Of a DNA stretch of 35,015 nucleotides, positions 15,122 to 24,844 are shown piece by piece. The number at the start of each line of letters is the position of its first letter. Position 1 is the first letter of the stretch. The DNA is taken from positions 1 through 35,015 of the forward strand of contig CAZVYR010000004.1 in NCBI GenBank assembly GCA_964631555.1, given 5' to 3'. Source of the stretch: an uncultured Leptospirales bacterium. Its GTDB lineage: Bacteria > Spirochaetota > UBA4802 > JAFGDQ01. Under the pieces are notes generated by a model that ran no database searches, was not told the origin of the DNA, and was given only the letters and a program-made list of their open reading frames with translations. The position numbers and the translations under genes were made by a program.

Positions 15122-16291
15122 ATGAGCATTTCGTTTGAAACAATGCGTTACATATTAGACTTCTTTACTATGTTCGAAGTATCGCAGGCATGTCTGCTTA
15201 TTTTTATACTTCTGACATTGAAGAAAAACAGGCGGGCAAATATATTTTTCGCGCTTTTTATTTTTATCCTGTCCTCTATTTTCTTTTCCATGTTTCTGCA
15301 TGCAAATGAATATATTCCCAGAATTTCTTTACTGACGCATCTGTCTGTTCCCGCTATTTCAGTGATCGGTGTATTGATATATTTTTATACTTCATTAATG
15401 ACCGGCCGCATTGAAAAGTTCAGGTTTAAATCGCTTTCTCATTTTTTAATTTATGTTTTCATGGTAATCATATCTTTCGTGAGTTTTATTCTTTTACCGT
15501 ACGAACGGGAAAAGTATATCAGGATCGTGGCTTTTGTCGTTATTGGTACCGGCCTGGCCAATTCCCTGGTATATATTATTATTTCCTTTGAAGGTCTCAG
15601 GAAATATTATTCGCAGGTTAAGAGTTATTTTTCTGATATTGAAAAGTATGATATGAACTGGCTTGTAAAGCTGACACTTCTCTCTCTGCTTTTTTTTCTT
15701 ATATGGAATTTTGAATTCTGGCTTACTTCTTTCGGGATAATCGAAAGAAACCCGTTAAGTATGCTGGCAGGTATTTTGCTGCTTACTGTTATAATATACG
15801 CGACTGCGTATTACCTGATCAATAAGCCTGATACTATTAAAGAAACAAAGGAGATGCTCGATGAGCTCAAGGAAGAGAACGTCAGAAAAGAGAAGGAAAA
15901 ATATGCGAAGCAGAACATTGACGAAATAAAGAGAAAGGAATATTTAAACAATATACGAGAGTATATGGAAAAGAACAAACCATACCTTAATGAAAATATA
16001 AACATAAAAGAACTGGCGTCTTTAATGAATATCCCCTCACATCATTTGTCTATTGTAATCAATGATACGCTGAATATGAATTTCTATAAGTTTATTAACG
16101 AATACAGAATAAAAGAAGCAATAAGGATATTCGAGGATCCTACAAACAGTGATGCAAATATTCTTTCTGTAGCATATTCATGCGGATTTAATTCCAAGTC
16201 TACGTTCAACAGCGTTTTTAAAAATTTCACAGGCCAGACTCCTTCCGAGTACAGGAATTCCATCTTAAAGAAGTCCAGGCTTGTAAGTTAG
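15122..16291 (+). CDS. AraC family transcriptional regulator with N-terminal multi-pass membrane domain
   Basis: The C-terminal HTH_18/AraC domain reads SHHLSIVINDTLNMNFYKFINEYRIKEAIRIF...SVAYSCGFNSKSTFNSVFKNFTGQTPSEYR. The N-terminal ~240 aa contain about 6 hydrophobic helices. The start is uncertain: ATG at 15122 or TTG at 15101. Confidence 0.8.
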   Translation: MSISFETMRYILDFFTMFEVSQACLLIFILLTLKKNRRANIFFALFIFILSSIFFSMFLHANEYIPRISLLTHLSVPAISVIGVLIYFYTSLMTGRIEKFRFKSLSHFLIYVFMVIISFVSFILLPYEREKYIRIVAFVVIGTGLANSLVYIIISFEGLRKYYSQVKSYFSDIEKYDMNWLVKLTLLSLLFFLIWNFEFWLTSFGIIERNPLSMLAGILLLTVIIYATAYYLINKPDTIKETKEMLDELKEENVRKEKEKYAKQNIDEIKRKEYLNNIREYMEKNKPYLNENINIKELASLMNIPSHHLSIVINDTLNMNFYKFINEYRIKEAIRIFEDPTNSDANILSVAYSCGFNSKSTFNSVFKNFTGQTPSEYRNSILKKSRLVS

Positions 16292-16454
16292 TACTCTTTT
16301 ATAAGCTTTTCCGGAAAAACCGGGTACAACCTTGCAAGCCAGGTCGCATCATTATCCTTCGCTGTATACCATATAACCGGATTGCATACTGTTGCCGGTC
16401 ATGCCGGAGCCGTACCGCTCTTATAATTAAAATTATATAGGATGAAAAGTAACT

Positions 16455-17876
16455 ATGAAAATTGCTGTTTTACATACAACTATAACTTTGTCGTTTTTGT
16501 TATCAGTTTGTCTCCCGTCATTTGGAGAGGCACAGGCAAGGCCGGTTTTAAAATATGATGATTTTATTAAAAGAATTGAAAGCAGCCTGCCTGAGATAAA
16601 GGGAAACGAAACAGATGTGATGCTTGCCGGGAACGAAATAAAGAGAGCAGAATCCTCAGGAGATATTGCAGTTAACGCAGGCGGGGAATACAGCTCCGCG
16701 GAAGATAGCTCTACAACATACGGCAGCGGTAATGTGAATACCGCCGGCTTTTACACCGGATTAAGCAAGAAGCTGATCCCCACAGGGACAAGCGTCAGCA
16801 CGGAATTGAATTATTCTAAAACCAGGTATAGTGAATTAGCTTCGACCCCGGATTATTCCATATATAAACCTTCGGTATCTTTAAAGATCACACAGCCTCT
16901 TTTATATAATTTTCTGGGCAAAGTAGATAAATATTCAGAGAAAAACGCGAAGATGCAGCTTGATATTGAGAGAGTAAAGTACATCGAAAATAATAAAAGC
17001 ATACTGAATGCATATAAGAAGCTCTATTTTGAATGGATCCTGTATAAAGAGATAATTCTTAACTTAGAAGAATCGATATCGAATTCCAAAGTACTTGAAG
17101 AAAAGATCAGAAGACAGGTGAAGGCAGGGCTTTCGGATGAGGACGATTATCAGAGGGCTGTTGCCTCAACACTGGACTATGAGAGCCGGCTTGATGAATA
17201 CAGGACAAGTCTTGGAAAGATAGAGAATGAAATAGAATTATATCTTCATATACAAGCAGAGCCTGAGAGAGGAGAGTTTACAAGATTTTTTCGGGAATCC
17301 AGGCTGAGCGGTTTCGAAGATGTGGATTTCAGTAAAACCAATTCTGCAAGGCTTATTGACCTGACTATGAAGAAGCTGGATTACAAAATAGAAGTCAGCG
17401 AAAATAAGCTCCTTCCTGAGTTTAATATTTACAGCCAGGTAACGCGAAAAGGAATCTCGGAAGATTCTGCGTCTGCGTCAAAACCCGATATGACTGATTA
17501 CGGTATAGGCTTTGAATTTACTTATAGTATAGGCAATAATTCGGCTGAAAGCGATCTTAAAGAAGCAGAGATCGGGCTTATGGCTTTGAAGTATGAATAT
17601 GAAAGCACCTTTAACGATTTCAGGAAAGGTCTGTCCGGGTACAGGATTTCGGCTGAGGGAATAAAGAGAATGCTTGAGAAGATGGACGCTGTTTTAAAGG
17701 CACTTGCATCGCAGCTTAAAACGGAAAAAAGAAAATACAGCCAGGCAAGGCTTAACCTGTCTTATGTAATTGATACGGAAAATAACATAGCTTTAAAGAA
17801 GATCGAAATGCTTGAATTAAAGAATCAGCTTATAGGATATTACATAGATTATAAAGATCTGATTGACCAGGAATAA
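16455..17876 (+). CDS. TolC family outer membrane efflux protein
   Basis: 473 aa with a signal peptide (…CLPSFGEAQA). It has the two-repeat coiled-coil/beta architecture typical of the OEP family and lies directly upstream of the RND pump gene. Confidence 0.7.
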   Translation: MKIAVLHTTITLSFLLSVCLPSFGEAQARPVLKYDDFIKRIESSLPEIKGNETDVMLAGNEIKRAESSGDIAVNAGGEYSSAEDSSTTYGSGNVNTAGFYTGLSKKLIPTGTSVSTELNYSKTRYSELASTPDYSIYKPSVSLKITQPLLYNFLGKVDKYSEKNAKMQLDIERVKYIENNKSILNAYKKLYFEWILYKEIILNLEESISNSKVLEEKIRRQVKAGLSDEDDYQRAVASTLDYESRLDEYRTSLGKIENEIELYLHIQAEPERGEFTRFFRESRLSGFEDVDFSKTNSARLIDLTMKKLDYKIEVSENKLLPEFNIYSQVTRKGISEDSASASKPDMTDYGIGFEFTYSIGNNSAESDLKEAEIGLMALKYEYESTFNDFRKGLSGYRISAEGIKRMLEKMDAVLKALASQLKTEKRKYSQARLNLSYVIDTENNIALKKIEMLELKNQLIGYYIDYKDLIDQE

Positions 17877-17894
17877 TACACGGAAATAATACAG

Positions 17895-20800
17895 ATGAAA
17901 AGATATATAGAATTTTTTGCAAAAGATAAACTTATAGTACGTCTTATATTTCTGTCGGTGTTCGTCATCGGTATAGTAATGTCGATGAACATCAAGAGAG
18001 AGGATTTTCCTCAGACTGCGATCGACAAGATGATAGTAACAATAACATATCCCGGGGCCAGCCCTGAGGATGTGGAATTGAATGCAGTGGTACCTGTAGA
18101 AGATGAACTGAGTGAAATAAACGGGATAGATAAATTCACCTCGGTTTCAATTGAAGGCGGAGCACGGATCGTAGTAGATATTGACGAGGACGTGGACGAC
18201 AAGCAGAAGGTCAAGGACGAAGTATACAGGAATATTACAATCGGCAATATTAAGGATATACCTGATGAAGTGGAGGATCTGACGGTTGTTGATCTTAATT
18301 CCGGGTTAAGAGAGATATTCAGTATAGGTCTCTCAATAAAGGATTTAAACGGGAAAGCTGCAACCCCTGCTGAGTTATATAAGACCGCAGATATCATGGA
18401 AAATCTGGTCAAACGCGTGGACGGAGTAAGCGAAATAGATATGTACGGTTATCTCGACAGGGAGATACATATAAATGTTGATCCGGATAAAATGAATGAC
18501 TATTATATCTCCCTGACGGAAGTCGTTAACAGCATAAAAAAAAGGAACATACGCTCATCCGGCGGGAGTCTCAGATCAGTTTATAATGAGAAAAATATAG
18601 TTACAATAGGCCAGTTCCAAAACCCGGCTGACGTAGGAAAGGTTATCATCCGGTCGGGTTTCGAGCAAAGACGCGTAATGGTACAGGACATTGCCAAAGT
18701 TGAAGACGGCTTCGAGGAAGAAGACGTAAGGATAAATGTTAATAACAATAAATCAGTAGTGCTTCTAGTAAAGAAAAAAGAAGTGGCTGATACTATTAAA
18801 ACTACAGGTAAAATAAAAAAATGCCTGGAAGATAACAAGGAGCTTTACGAAGATAAATTCGACATCACCTTTGTTTCTGATGATTCAAAATCAATAAATT
18901 CATTAATAAATGTAGTAATAGGCAATGCTGTACTGGGATTTATTCTGGTAATAGCAGTACTTCTTATATTTCTCGATCTTAAAACCTCTATCTGGACTGC
19001 TTTAGGTATACCATTTAGCATGTTCTGTGTGTTAATATTTATGGGGATCAATTCCTATTCGCTTAATACGATAACTTTGGGCGCGATAATTACAGTTCTT
19101 GGTATGCTTGTGGATGACGCGATCGTTGTCGCGGAAATAGTTTTTGAGAAAAAGAATGCGGGTATACCGCCTCTGAAAGCTGCAATCGAAGGAACAAAGG
19201 AAGTATTTGCTCCGGTGCTTGTAAGTATTCTTACAACTATTGCCGCTTTCCTCCCAATGCTTCTTATCAAAGGACCGATGGGGAAATTCATTTTTATTTA
19301 TCCCGTAATTATAACCGCTGCTCTTCTTTTCAGCCTTTTTGAGGCGATTACAATACTCCCTAATCACCTGTCTCACGGTAAACATAAAATCATAAAGGCA
19401 GGAGAAACAAGGCGTGATCACTGGTTTAAACCTGTTGCGAATTTCTATAAAAAATTGCTGAACAGGGTATTGAAATTCAGGTACGCTGTATTGGGAATAT
19501 TTATATTATTATTTATCGCTTCTGTTATTTTTTCAAATGAAACAATAAAGAAATTCGTGCTGTTCTGGGATGATACTACAGAAACGATAAATATTGATAT
19601 CGATGTTTCAAGCGGGTCTTCCATTGATACTACTGAAAAATTAACTCAGGGCGTTGAAAGAATACTGGTAAAACATATTCCTGAGAAGGAACTGGTTTCA
19701 ACCTTTAGCCAGATAGGGACACATTCCGGTCATCAGTCCATGAAACATGATTACTGGTCTACAATACAACTGCGTCTTGTTCCCATAAACGAACGAGAGC
19801 GTACAGCCGCAGAGATAAACAAAGATCTGCGTGAAAAAATGAAGATGGAAAAATTTCCGAAGGATATTAAGTCCGTAATTCTGAGAGAGGACAGGTCCGG
19901 GCCTCCTGTGGGAGAACCTGTCGACATAAAGATCATAAGCAAAAGCAAGGATGAAGCAAAAGCAGTAATGAAAGAAATCATTAACATGCTCGGAACGATT
20001 GATGGGGTTTACGATATTGACACCGATTTAAAAAAGGGCAAGGAAGAGCTCCGGTTCGTATTTAATTTTAATAAAATGGCGGAGCTTGGACTCAATGTAG
20101 ATACTATTGCCTCAACAGTACGAACGGCATTTGAAGGTTCAACCGCAACGTATATACAGACGCTGGAAAACAAGCTTGATTTCGTTGTCCGGCTTGAAGA
20201 TGAATTCAGAATGGATGAAAAAAATCTCATGAACCTGCTTATTGAAAATGATTCAAACAGGCTGATAAGGTTAAAGGATATTGCAAGGCTTGAAAGCGGA
20301 GACGGCGAGTCTGAGATCAATCATTACAATGGCGACCGGGCCATAAGTGTTACCGCGGACCTGAATATGAATAAAAGTACTCCTCTTGCGGTACAAAGAA
20401 TTATCGAAAATAAATATAGAGAATTGTCAAAGAAATATAAGCAGACTTATCTTGTTTTTGAAGGCGAATCCAAAGAGAGCTCGGAAACGATGTCCTATGT
20501 CGGGATGTCATTTATCTTAGCATTGTTTTTGATATATTTGCTGATAGTACTTCAGTTCAGGTCTTTCACTCAGCCTGTTGTAGTGATGCTCGTGATGCCT
20601 TTTGGTATTATCGGGGTACTGTTAGCATTCCAGCTTCACGGAATTCCTTTAAGTTTTATGGGATTAGTCGGTTTTCTCGGGCTGTGCGGGGTTGTTGTAA
20701 ATGACAGTATATTGATGGTTGACTTCATAAACAGGGAAAAGAGGGCAAATCCGGGATCAACAAGACCGGAACTATTCAGGCATATTTCCGAAGGAGCTGC

Positions 20801-21038
20801 ATTGCGCCTGAAAGCCGTAATCATGACAACTGTTACAACAGTAGCAGGACTTATGCCTACGGCATACGGCATTGGAGGGAATGCGAAGACGCTCGTTCCG
20901 ACCGTTATGGCAATGGCTTACGGTTTGCTGTTCGCGACTTTTCTTACTCTCTTGTTTGTTCCGTGTCTTTATATGATCAATGAGGATATTGCCGGTGCTG
21001 CAGGAAAACTGAAGTCGGCTGTTGCAAGGATCTTTTAG
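17895..21038 (+). CDS. RND efflux transporter permease (AcrB/AcrD/AcrF family)
   Basis: 1047 aa with the typical layout: TM1, a large periplasmic loop, a TM bundle, then the same pattern repeated. Conserved segments include GAIITVLGMLVDDAIVVAE and LGLCGVVVNDSILMVDF. Confidence 0.9.
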   Translation: MKRYIEFFAKDKLIVRLIFLSVFVIGIVMSMNIKREDFPQTAIDKMIVTITYPGASPEDVELNAVVPVEDELSEINGIDKFTSVSIEGGARIVVDIDEDVDDKQKVKDEVYRNITIGNIKDIPDEVEDLTVVDLNSGLREIFSIGLSIKDLNGKAATPAELYKTADIMENLVKRVDGVSEIDMYGYLDREIHINVDPDKMNDYYISLTEVVNSIKKRNIRSSGGSLRSVYNEKNIVTIGQFQNPADVGKVIIRSGFEQRRVMVQDIAKVEDGFEEEDVRINVNNNKSVVLLVKKKEVADTIKTTGKIKKCLEDNKELYEDKFDITFVSDDSKSINSLINVVIGNAVLGFILVIAVLLIFLDLKTSIWTALGIPFSMFCVLIFMGINSYSLNTITLGAIITVLGMLVDDAIVVAEIVFEKKNAGIPPLKAAIEGTKEVFAPVLVSILTTIAAFLPMLLIKGPMGKFIFIYPVIITAALLFSLFEAITILPNHLSHGKHKIIKAGETRRDHWFKPVANFYKKLLNRVLKFRYAVLGIFILLFIASVIFSNETIKKFVLFWDDTTETINIDIDVSSGSSIDTTEKLTQGVERILVKHIPEKELVSTFSQIGTHSGHQSMKHDYWSTIQLRLVPINERERTAAEINKDLREKMKMEKFPKDIKSVILREDRSGPPVGEPVDIKIISKSKDEAKAVMKEIINMLGTIDGVYDIDTDLKKGKEELRFVFNFNKMAELGLNVDTIASTVRTAFEGSTATYIQTLENKLDFVVRLEDEFRMDEKNLMNLLIENDSNRLIRLKDIARLESGDGESEINHYNGDRAISVTADLNMNKSTPLAVQRIIENKYRELSKKYKQTYLVFEGESKESSETMSYVGMSFILALFLIYLLIVLQFRSFTQPVVVMLVMPFGIIGVLLAFQLHGIPLSFMGLVGFLGLCGVVVNDSILMVDFINREKRANPGSTRPELFRHISEGAALRLKAVIMTTVTTVAGLMPTAYGIGGNAKTLVPTVMAMAYGLLFATFLTLLFVPCLYMINEDIAGAAGKLKSAVARIF

Positions 21039-22165
21039 ACTGTTGCTTTCTCAGCTTTCTTTCTGAACAGTTTGACTGCAACAATCGCAGTAATGGGTAC
21101 GCACAGGAACATGCCTATGCTTCCGACCGCGGATTTGACAAGTTCGCTCAGAACAGGATTGTGATTGAATATCATCCATAGCGGCATGCCCGGATCGAAG
21201 CGCATTGAAATGAGAAGTATAAGGGAGAGGGAACTGCCGACATAGGCAAGGATCAGGGTGTTGACCATTGAAGCAAGAATATCTGTGCCGATGTTAAGCA
21301 CGGATTTGAGCGCTTCTTTTTCGGAGATAGCGGGATTGGCATTGAATATTTCCTGGGTTGAGGATGCTATTGAGATGCACACGTCCATCACGGCTCCTAG
21401 CGCGGCTATTATCATGCCTGAGAGCGCTATGCTTCTGAGGTCGATGTCGGCGGTCGAGGTATAAAAGACGGTCAGCATTTCGTTGGAAACTATACCGGAA
21501 AGATGCATTATCCAGCCGAAGAATACTGCAAGAAGAGACGCAATGATAACTCCTGCGGAGGCGCCTATGATCGCGGACAGAGTCTTTAGCCTGATGCCTG
21601 CTATGATCGGCAGGGTTATTATTATCGAGATGATCGATATCGCTATTGCTATAGGCAGGGGCGGGTATCCTTTGAGTGTTAAAGGAATGAATACAAAGAA
21701 CAGCAGAAGAATCGTTATTATAAGGGAAAGCAGTGAGAACAAGCCTTTAAATCTGCCTATGAGTATGATGGACAGCAGTAAAAGCACGGACATTATAATG
21801 ATACCGGACGTGTTGTCTATGTCGTACAATGATATATATTCGACAGGATCGTCGCTGCCGACTGTGGATATACCCACGAAGACAATGTTCCCTTTTTTGT
21901 AATTCATGTCTCTGGGTAAATCGTCTCTGCCTTTGAAAACTGCTGTCTTTGTTTGTCCTTTTAATTCGCCGTCAAGGATCTTCAGGTATATGCTTGTTTC
22001 TATAGTTGAAATACCCCCTTCCTTTACCGGTATTCTTTTTATCTCGGTAATCCTGGCCCTGGTGTAAACGCGTTCATCATCGAAAATGCGGTTATCCGAG
22101 CTGTAGAGCAGGCCGGGCGCGAGACTGAATGCGACAAGAAAAGCAAGGACCAATATTTTTTTCAT
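21035..22165 (-). CDS. YibE/F family membrane protein with N-terminal extracytoplasmic domain
   Basis: The signal/anchor MKKILVLAFLVAFSLAPG has AAGGAAG upstream, so I prefer this start over the ATG at 22198 in the ORF track. A soluble domain of about 120 aa precedes about 7 TM helices resembling YibE/F. The 3' end overlaps the RND stop codon by 4 nt. Confidence 0.6.
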   Translation of the reverse strand: MKKILVLAFLVAFSLAPGLLYSSDNRIFDDERVYTRARITEIKRIPVKEGGISTIETSIYLKILDGELKGQTKTAVFKGRDDLPRDMNYKKGNIVFVGISTVGSDDPVEYISLYDIDNTSGIIIMSVLLLLSIILIGRFKGLFSLLSLIITILLLFFVFIPLTLKGYPPLPIAIAISIISIIITLPIIAGIRLKTLSAIIGASAGVIIASLLAVFFGWIMHLSGIVSNEMLTVFYTSTADIDLRSIALSGMIIAALGAVMDVCISIASSTQEIFNANPAISEKEALKSVLNIGTDILASMVNTLILAYVGSSLSLILLISMRFDPGMPLWMIFNHNPVLSELVKSAVGSIGMFLCVPITAIVAVKLFRKKAEKATV

Positions 22166-22483
22166 TGAGATGCTTCCTTTATAGTTATAGAGATACATAC
22201 CTTATCCTGATTGATTATTTTGGTTATATTTAAATTATTGTTTCAGAGATAAATATTATTTAAAAGAGTCTTCACAGTTGAGTTAGTAAATAGTCAGCAG
22301 TTTTAATCTCTGGTTGGACTATTCCTGCTTTGGCTAAAAAGCAAGAATATTTTTTTATAAAAAGCTTGACATTAGGGAAATGTTATTTTCAATCCCAAAA
22401 AATACGTGAGTTAATTTAATTAATTGCTTTTCCGGGTTATTATTTTTAACCCATGAAGCAGAAGAGATATATGGAGGAAGTAT

Positions 22484-22654
22484 ATGCCTTATCAAATAAC
22501 AGATGATTGCGTTTCCTGCGGAGTATGCGCTGATGAGTGTCCTTCAGACGCTATTAGTGAGGGCAGTGATAAATATGTCATCGATCAGGAAGCTTGTACA
22601 GAATGCGGGACCTGCGCTGATGCATGTCCGTCTGATGCAATAGTTCAAAAATAG
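22484..22654 (+). CDS. 2x[4Fe-4S] ferredoxin (56 aa)
   Basis: Below the ORF-track size cutoff. My translation is MPYQITDDCVSCGVCADECPSDAISEGSDKYVIDQEACTECGTCADACPSDAIVQK, with two CxxCxxCxxxCP clusters. GGAGGAAG RBS lies at 22473-22480. Confidence 0.9.
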   Translation: MPYQITDDCVSCGVCADECPSDAISEGSDKYVIDQEACTECGTCADACPSDAIVQK

Positions 22655-22680
22655 ATTTTTGATTATTGAATCTATTGAAT

Positions 22681-22720
22681 ATATCTATCCCTTTTTGGGG
22701 ATAGATATATTTATTTTATA
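22681..22720 (+). terminator. Rho-independent terminator of the ferredoxin gene
   Basis: 11-bp stem atatctatccc / gggatagatat with loop tttttg, followed by a T-rich tail (atttatttta). It begins 27 nt after the stop codon. Confidence 0.75.
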
Positions 22721-22781
22721 AATATATTTAATTTTCTGCACGGGTTGCGTATAATAATAAAATGATCTTTTAAGAGTAAAC

Positions 22782-23423
22782 TTGTTCAATATTTTGAAAA
22801 ACAAAAATATTCTTATAATTCTTTGTTTAATATTAAATATTTTCCCCTTTGATCAGGCTTCAATACCGGCCGGTAAAGATTTTAACGCAGAAAAAGCAAG
22901 AAGTTCTTTTAATCCACCTAACTTTTACTCTCTTTTCCGCAGGGATATCTATGCGGAATCTCTTAAGGAATCTCCGACGGGATCTCCGACTGAACCCTCC
23001 GATAGTGCTTATAATAATTATATAAATTTAAAGAAGTTATATCTTAAATGGAATACCGGGTTGTTCCGCAGTTCAAGATACTATAAAAAATATATGATAA
23101 AGTATCTCATTAGTATTTACAATAAGGCTATACTGACTGACTTTGATTTTGTAATTATATCGCCTGAGGGGAGATATGATAAAAAGCTGATTTGTAATCT
23201 TTATTCCAGCAGGTGGCTGCAAATAAGAGGTGATGTAAAAGACAGCGGGCTGACGGATATTATAAAGAAGGAGCCGGATCTTTTGACAAAATGGTGGAGG
23301 TCGGAAAAATTACTTTCTGTTTATGGTGTAGTCAGGGATTTTAAGCTTGAAAGTGATGTATACGGAAATATTGTTATCCTTTTTTTAAAGGATATAAAGA
23401 TTAGAGAGAGCAAAACAAAATGA
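22782..23423 (+). CDS. Hypothetical exported protein (TTG start), translationally coupled to trpC
   Basis: 213 aa with an N-terminal hydrophobic signal-like segment (NILIILCLILNIFPF). I recognise no family. Its stop overlaps the trpC ATG (ATGA at 23420-23423). Confidence 0.5.
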   Translation: MFNILKNKNILIILCLILNIFPFDQASIPAGKDFNAEKARSSFNPPNFYSLFRRDIYAESLKESPTGSPTEPSDSAYNNYINLKKLYLKWNTGLFRSSRYYKKYMIKYLISIYNKAILTDFDFVIISPEGRYDKKLICNLYSSRWLQIRGDVKDSGLTDIIKKEPDLLTKWWRSEKLLSVYGVVRDFKLESDVYGNIVILFLKDIKIRESKTK

Positions 23424-24223
23424 TTCTGGAAGATATAGTTGGCAACAGGAAGAGGCTACTGGAAAAAGAAAAACAGGCTTTGAGTCTTGAAAGAATAAGA
23501 CAGGATGCTGAGCACAAATCGGGTTCGGGATACAGGCCGGTTGATTTTTTGTATGCCTTTAACGCGGATTTGCCTTTTCTGATCGCAGAGATTAAAAAGG
23601 CTTCCCCTTCAAAGGGAGTAATAAGAGAGAATTTCGATGTGAGTCTTATTGCGGCAGCTTACGGATCATCTGAAGCGGTTAATGCGATCTCAGTGCTTAC
23701 TGAGCCGGATTATTTTTCCGGCAAGTATGAATATATCGGTATTGCAAAGGAGGCTTCGGGTAAGCCTGTGTTAATGAAGGACTTTGTCGTGGATGAATAC
23801 CAGGTTTACCGTGCTTTTCTGGAAGGGGCTTCGGCAGTGCTTTTGATTGCTGCTGTTTTAACTGATTCTGAAATAAAGAAACTCAATGGTATTGCATCTG
23901 CTTTGAATTTAAAGGTGCTTTTTGAAGTGCATACTGTTTCTGAATATAAGCGGGCTCTTGATTTGGGTTTTGAGCTAATCGGCATTAACAATCGTGATCT
24001 GAAAACGTTTACAGTTGATGTCAATAACACTTTGAAAATAATTGAGTCAGAAGGCAGGCCTGAAAACAGAACTATTATTTCGGAAAGCGGGATCAGCTCT
24101 GCCGAAGGTGTCCGCGCGTTGTTCAACAACGGAGTCAACGGCTTTCTGATAGGCGAGAGTTTCATGAAGCAGGATAATATTAATGGGGCGATAACCGGCC
24201 TTTTCGGAGATTATTATGAATAG
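23420..24223 (+). CDS. trpC: Indole-3-glycerol phosphate synthase
   Basis: Motifs AEIKKASPSKG, LTEPDYFSG, GINNRDL and SESGI are diagnostic of TrpC. Confidence 0.92.
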   Translation: MILEDIVGNRKRLLEKEKQALSLERIRQDAEHKSGSGYRPVDFLYAFNADLPFLIAEIKKASPSKGVIRENFDVSLIAAAYGSSEAVNAISVLTEPDYFSGKYEYIGIAKEASGKPVLMKDFVVDEYQVYRAFLEGASAVLLIAAVLTDSEIKKLNGIASALNLKVLFEVHTVSEYKRALDLGFELIGINNRDLKTFTVDVNNTLKIIESEGRPENRTIISESGISSAEGVRALFNNGVNGFLIGESFMKQDNINGAITGLFGDYYE

Positions 24224-24842
24224 GCCCCTTGTCAAGATATGCGGTATTACCAATATCGATGATGCGATGATGTCGCTGGAATACGGCGCTGATATGCTTG
24301 GATTTATTTTCTATGATAAAAGCCCGAGGTTCATTGTGCCTGAAAAAGCAGCCCGGATAATCAGCGGGTTGAAAGACAGGTTTAAATTTGAAAGTGTCGG
24401 AGTATTTGTTGATCCCTTAAAAGAATATATTGATGATATTATAAATATTACCGGGATTGATATGCTGCAATTCCATGGAGATGAATCCCCGGAATTTATC
24501 GGGAAGTTCAGAAAAAAGATAATAAAGGCATTCAGGATAAAGGACAGGCAGGATTTAATAAAGCTTAATGTTTATGATTCTGCCGGTTTTTATTTGCTTG
24601 ATACATATTCAAAAAATGCTTACGGGGGCACTGGAAAGGCATTTGACTGGGAAATTCTGAAAGATATTGATTTCAGTGAAAAGCTTTTTCTTTCAGGCGG
24701 GCTTAATAGCAGCAATATTGAGGATGCATTAAGAAAAGTAAATCCGTATGCTGTTGATCTTTCAAGCAGCCTGGAAAAGAGCCCGGGAGTTAAGGACAGG
24801 GATAAGATAAAAGAGTTCTTTTCAGTGCTGAATAGGATTTAG
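24216..24842 (+). CDS. trpF: N-(5'-phosphoribosyl)anthranilate isomerase
   Basis: Motifs VKICGIT, GADMLGFIFYDKSPR, LQFHGDES, GGTGKAFDW and LSGGL. It overlaps trpC by 8 nt. Confidence 0.92.
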   Translation: MNRPLVKICGITNIDDAMMSLEYGADMLGFIFYDKSPRFIVPEKAARIISGLKDRFKFESVGVFVDPLKEYIDDIINITGIDMLQFHGDESPEFIGKFRKKIIKAFRIKDRQDLIKLNVYDSAGFYLLDTYSKNAYGGTGKAFDWEILKDIDFSEKLFLSGGLNSSNIEDALRKVNPYAVDLSSSLEKSPGVKDRDKIKEFFSVLNRI

Positions 24843-24844
24843 GG

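Noticed and set aside
16305-16316. The palindrome ttttccggaaaa occurs twice within a shared 14-mer, cttttccggaaaaa, at 4272-4285 and 16304-16317.
   Set aside because: By my rough estimate, a single shared 14-mer pair is about what chance gives for 35 kb of AT-rich DNA. There is no extended similarity around the two sites.
21035-21038. Convergent 4-nt overlap of the RND gene and YibE/F gene stop codons (TAG at 21036-21038 against TAA on the minus strand at 21035-21037).
   Set aside because: The overlap is real, but it is an ordinary consequence of compact gene packing. It has no further implication beyond the lack of an intergenic terminator.
22366-22371. TTGACA hexamers as promoters at 22366 (ferredoxin), 25012 (VOC-eda) and 4051 (methyltransferase).
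   Set aside because: In each case I could not find a good -10 hexamer at 16-18 bp spacing; the best candidates are ttcaat, tatctc and tttata. I did not list them as supported promoter features.
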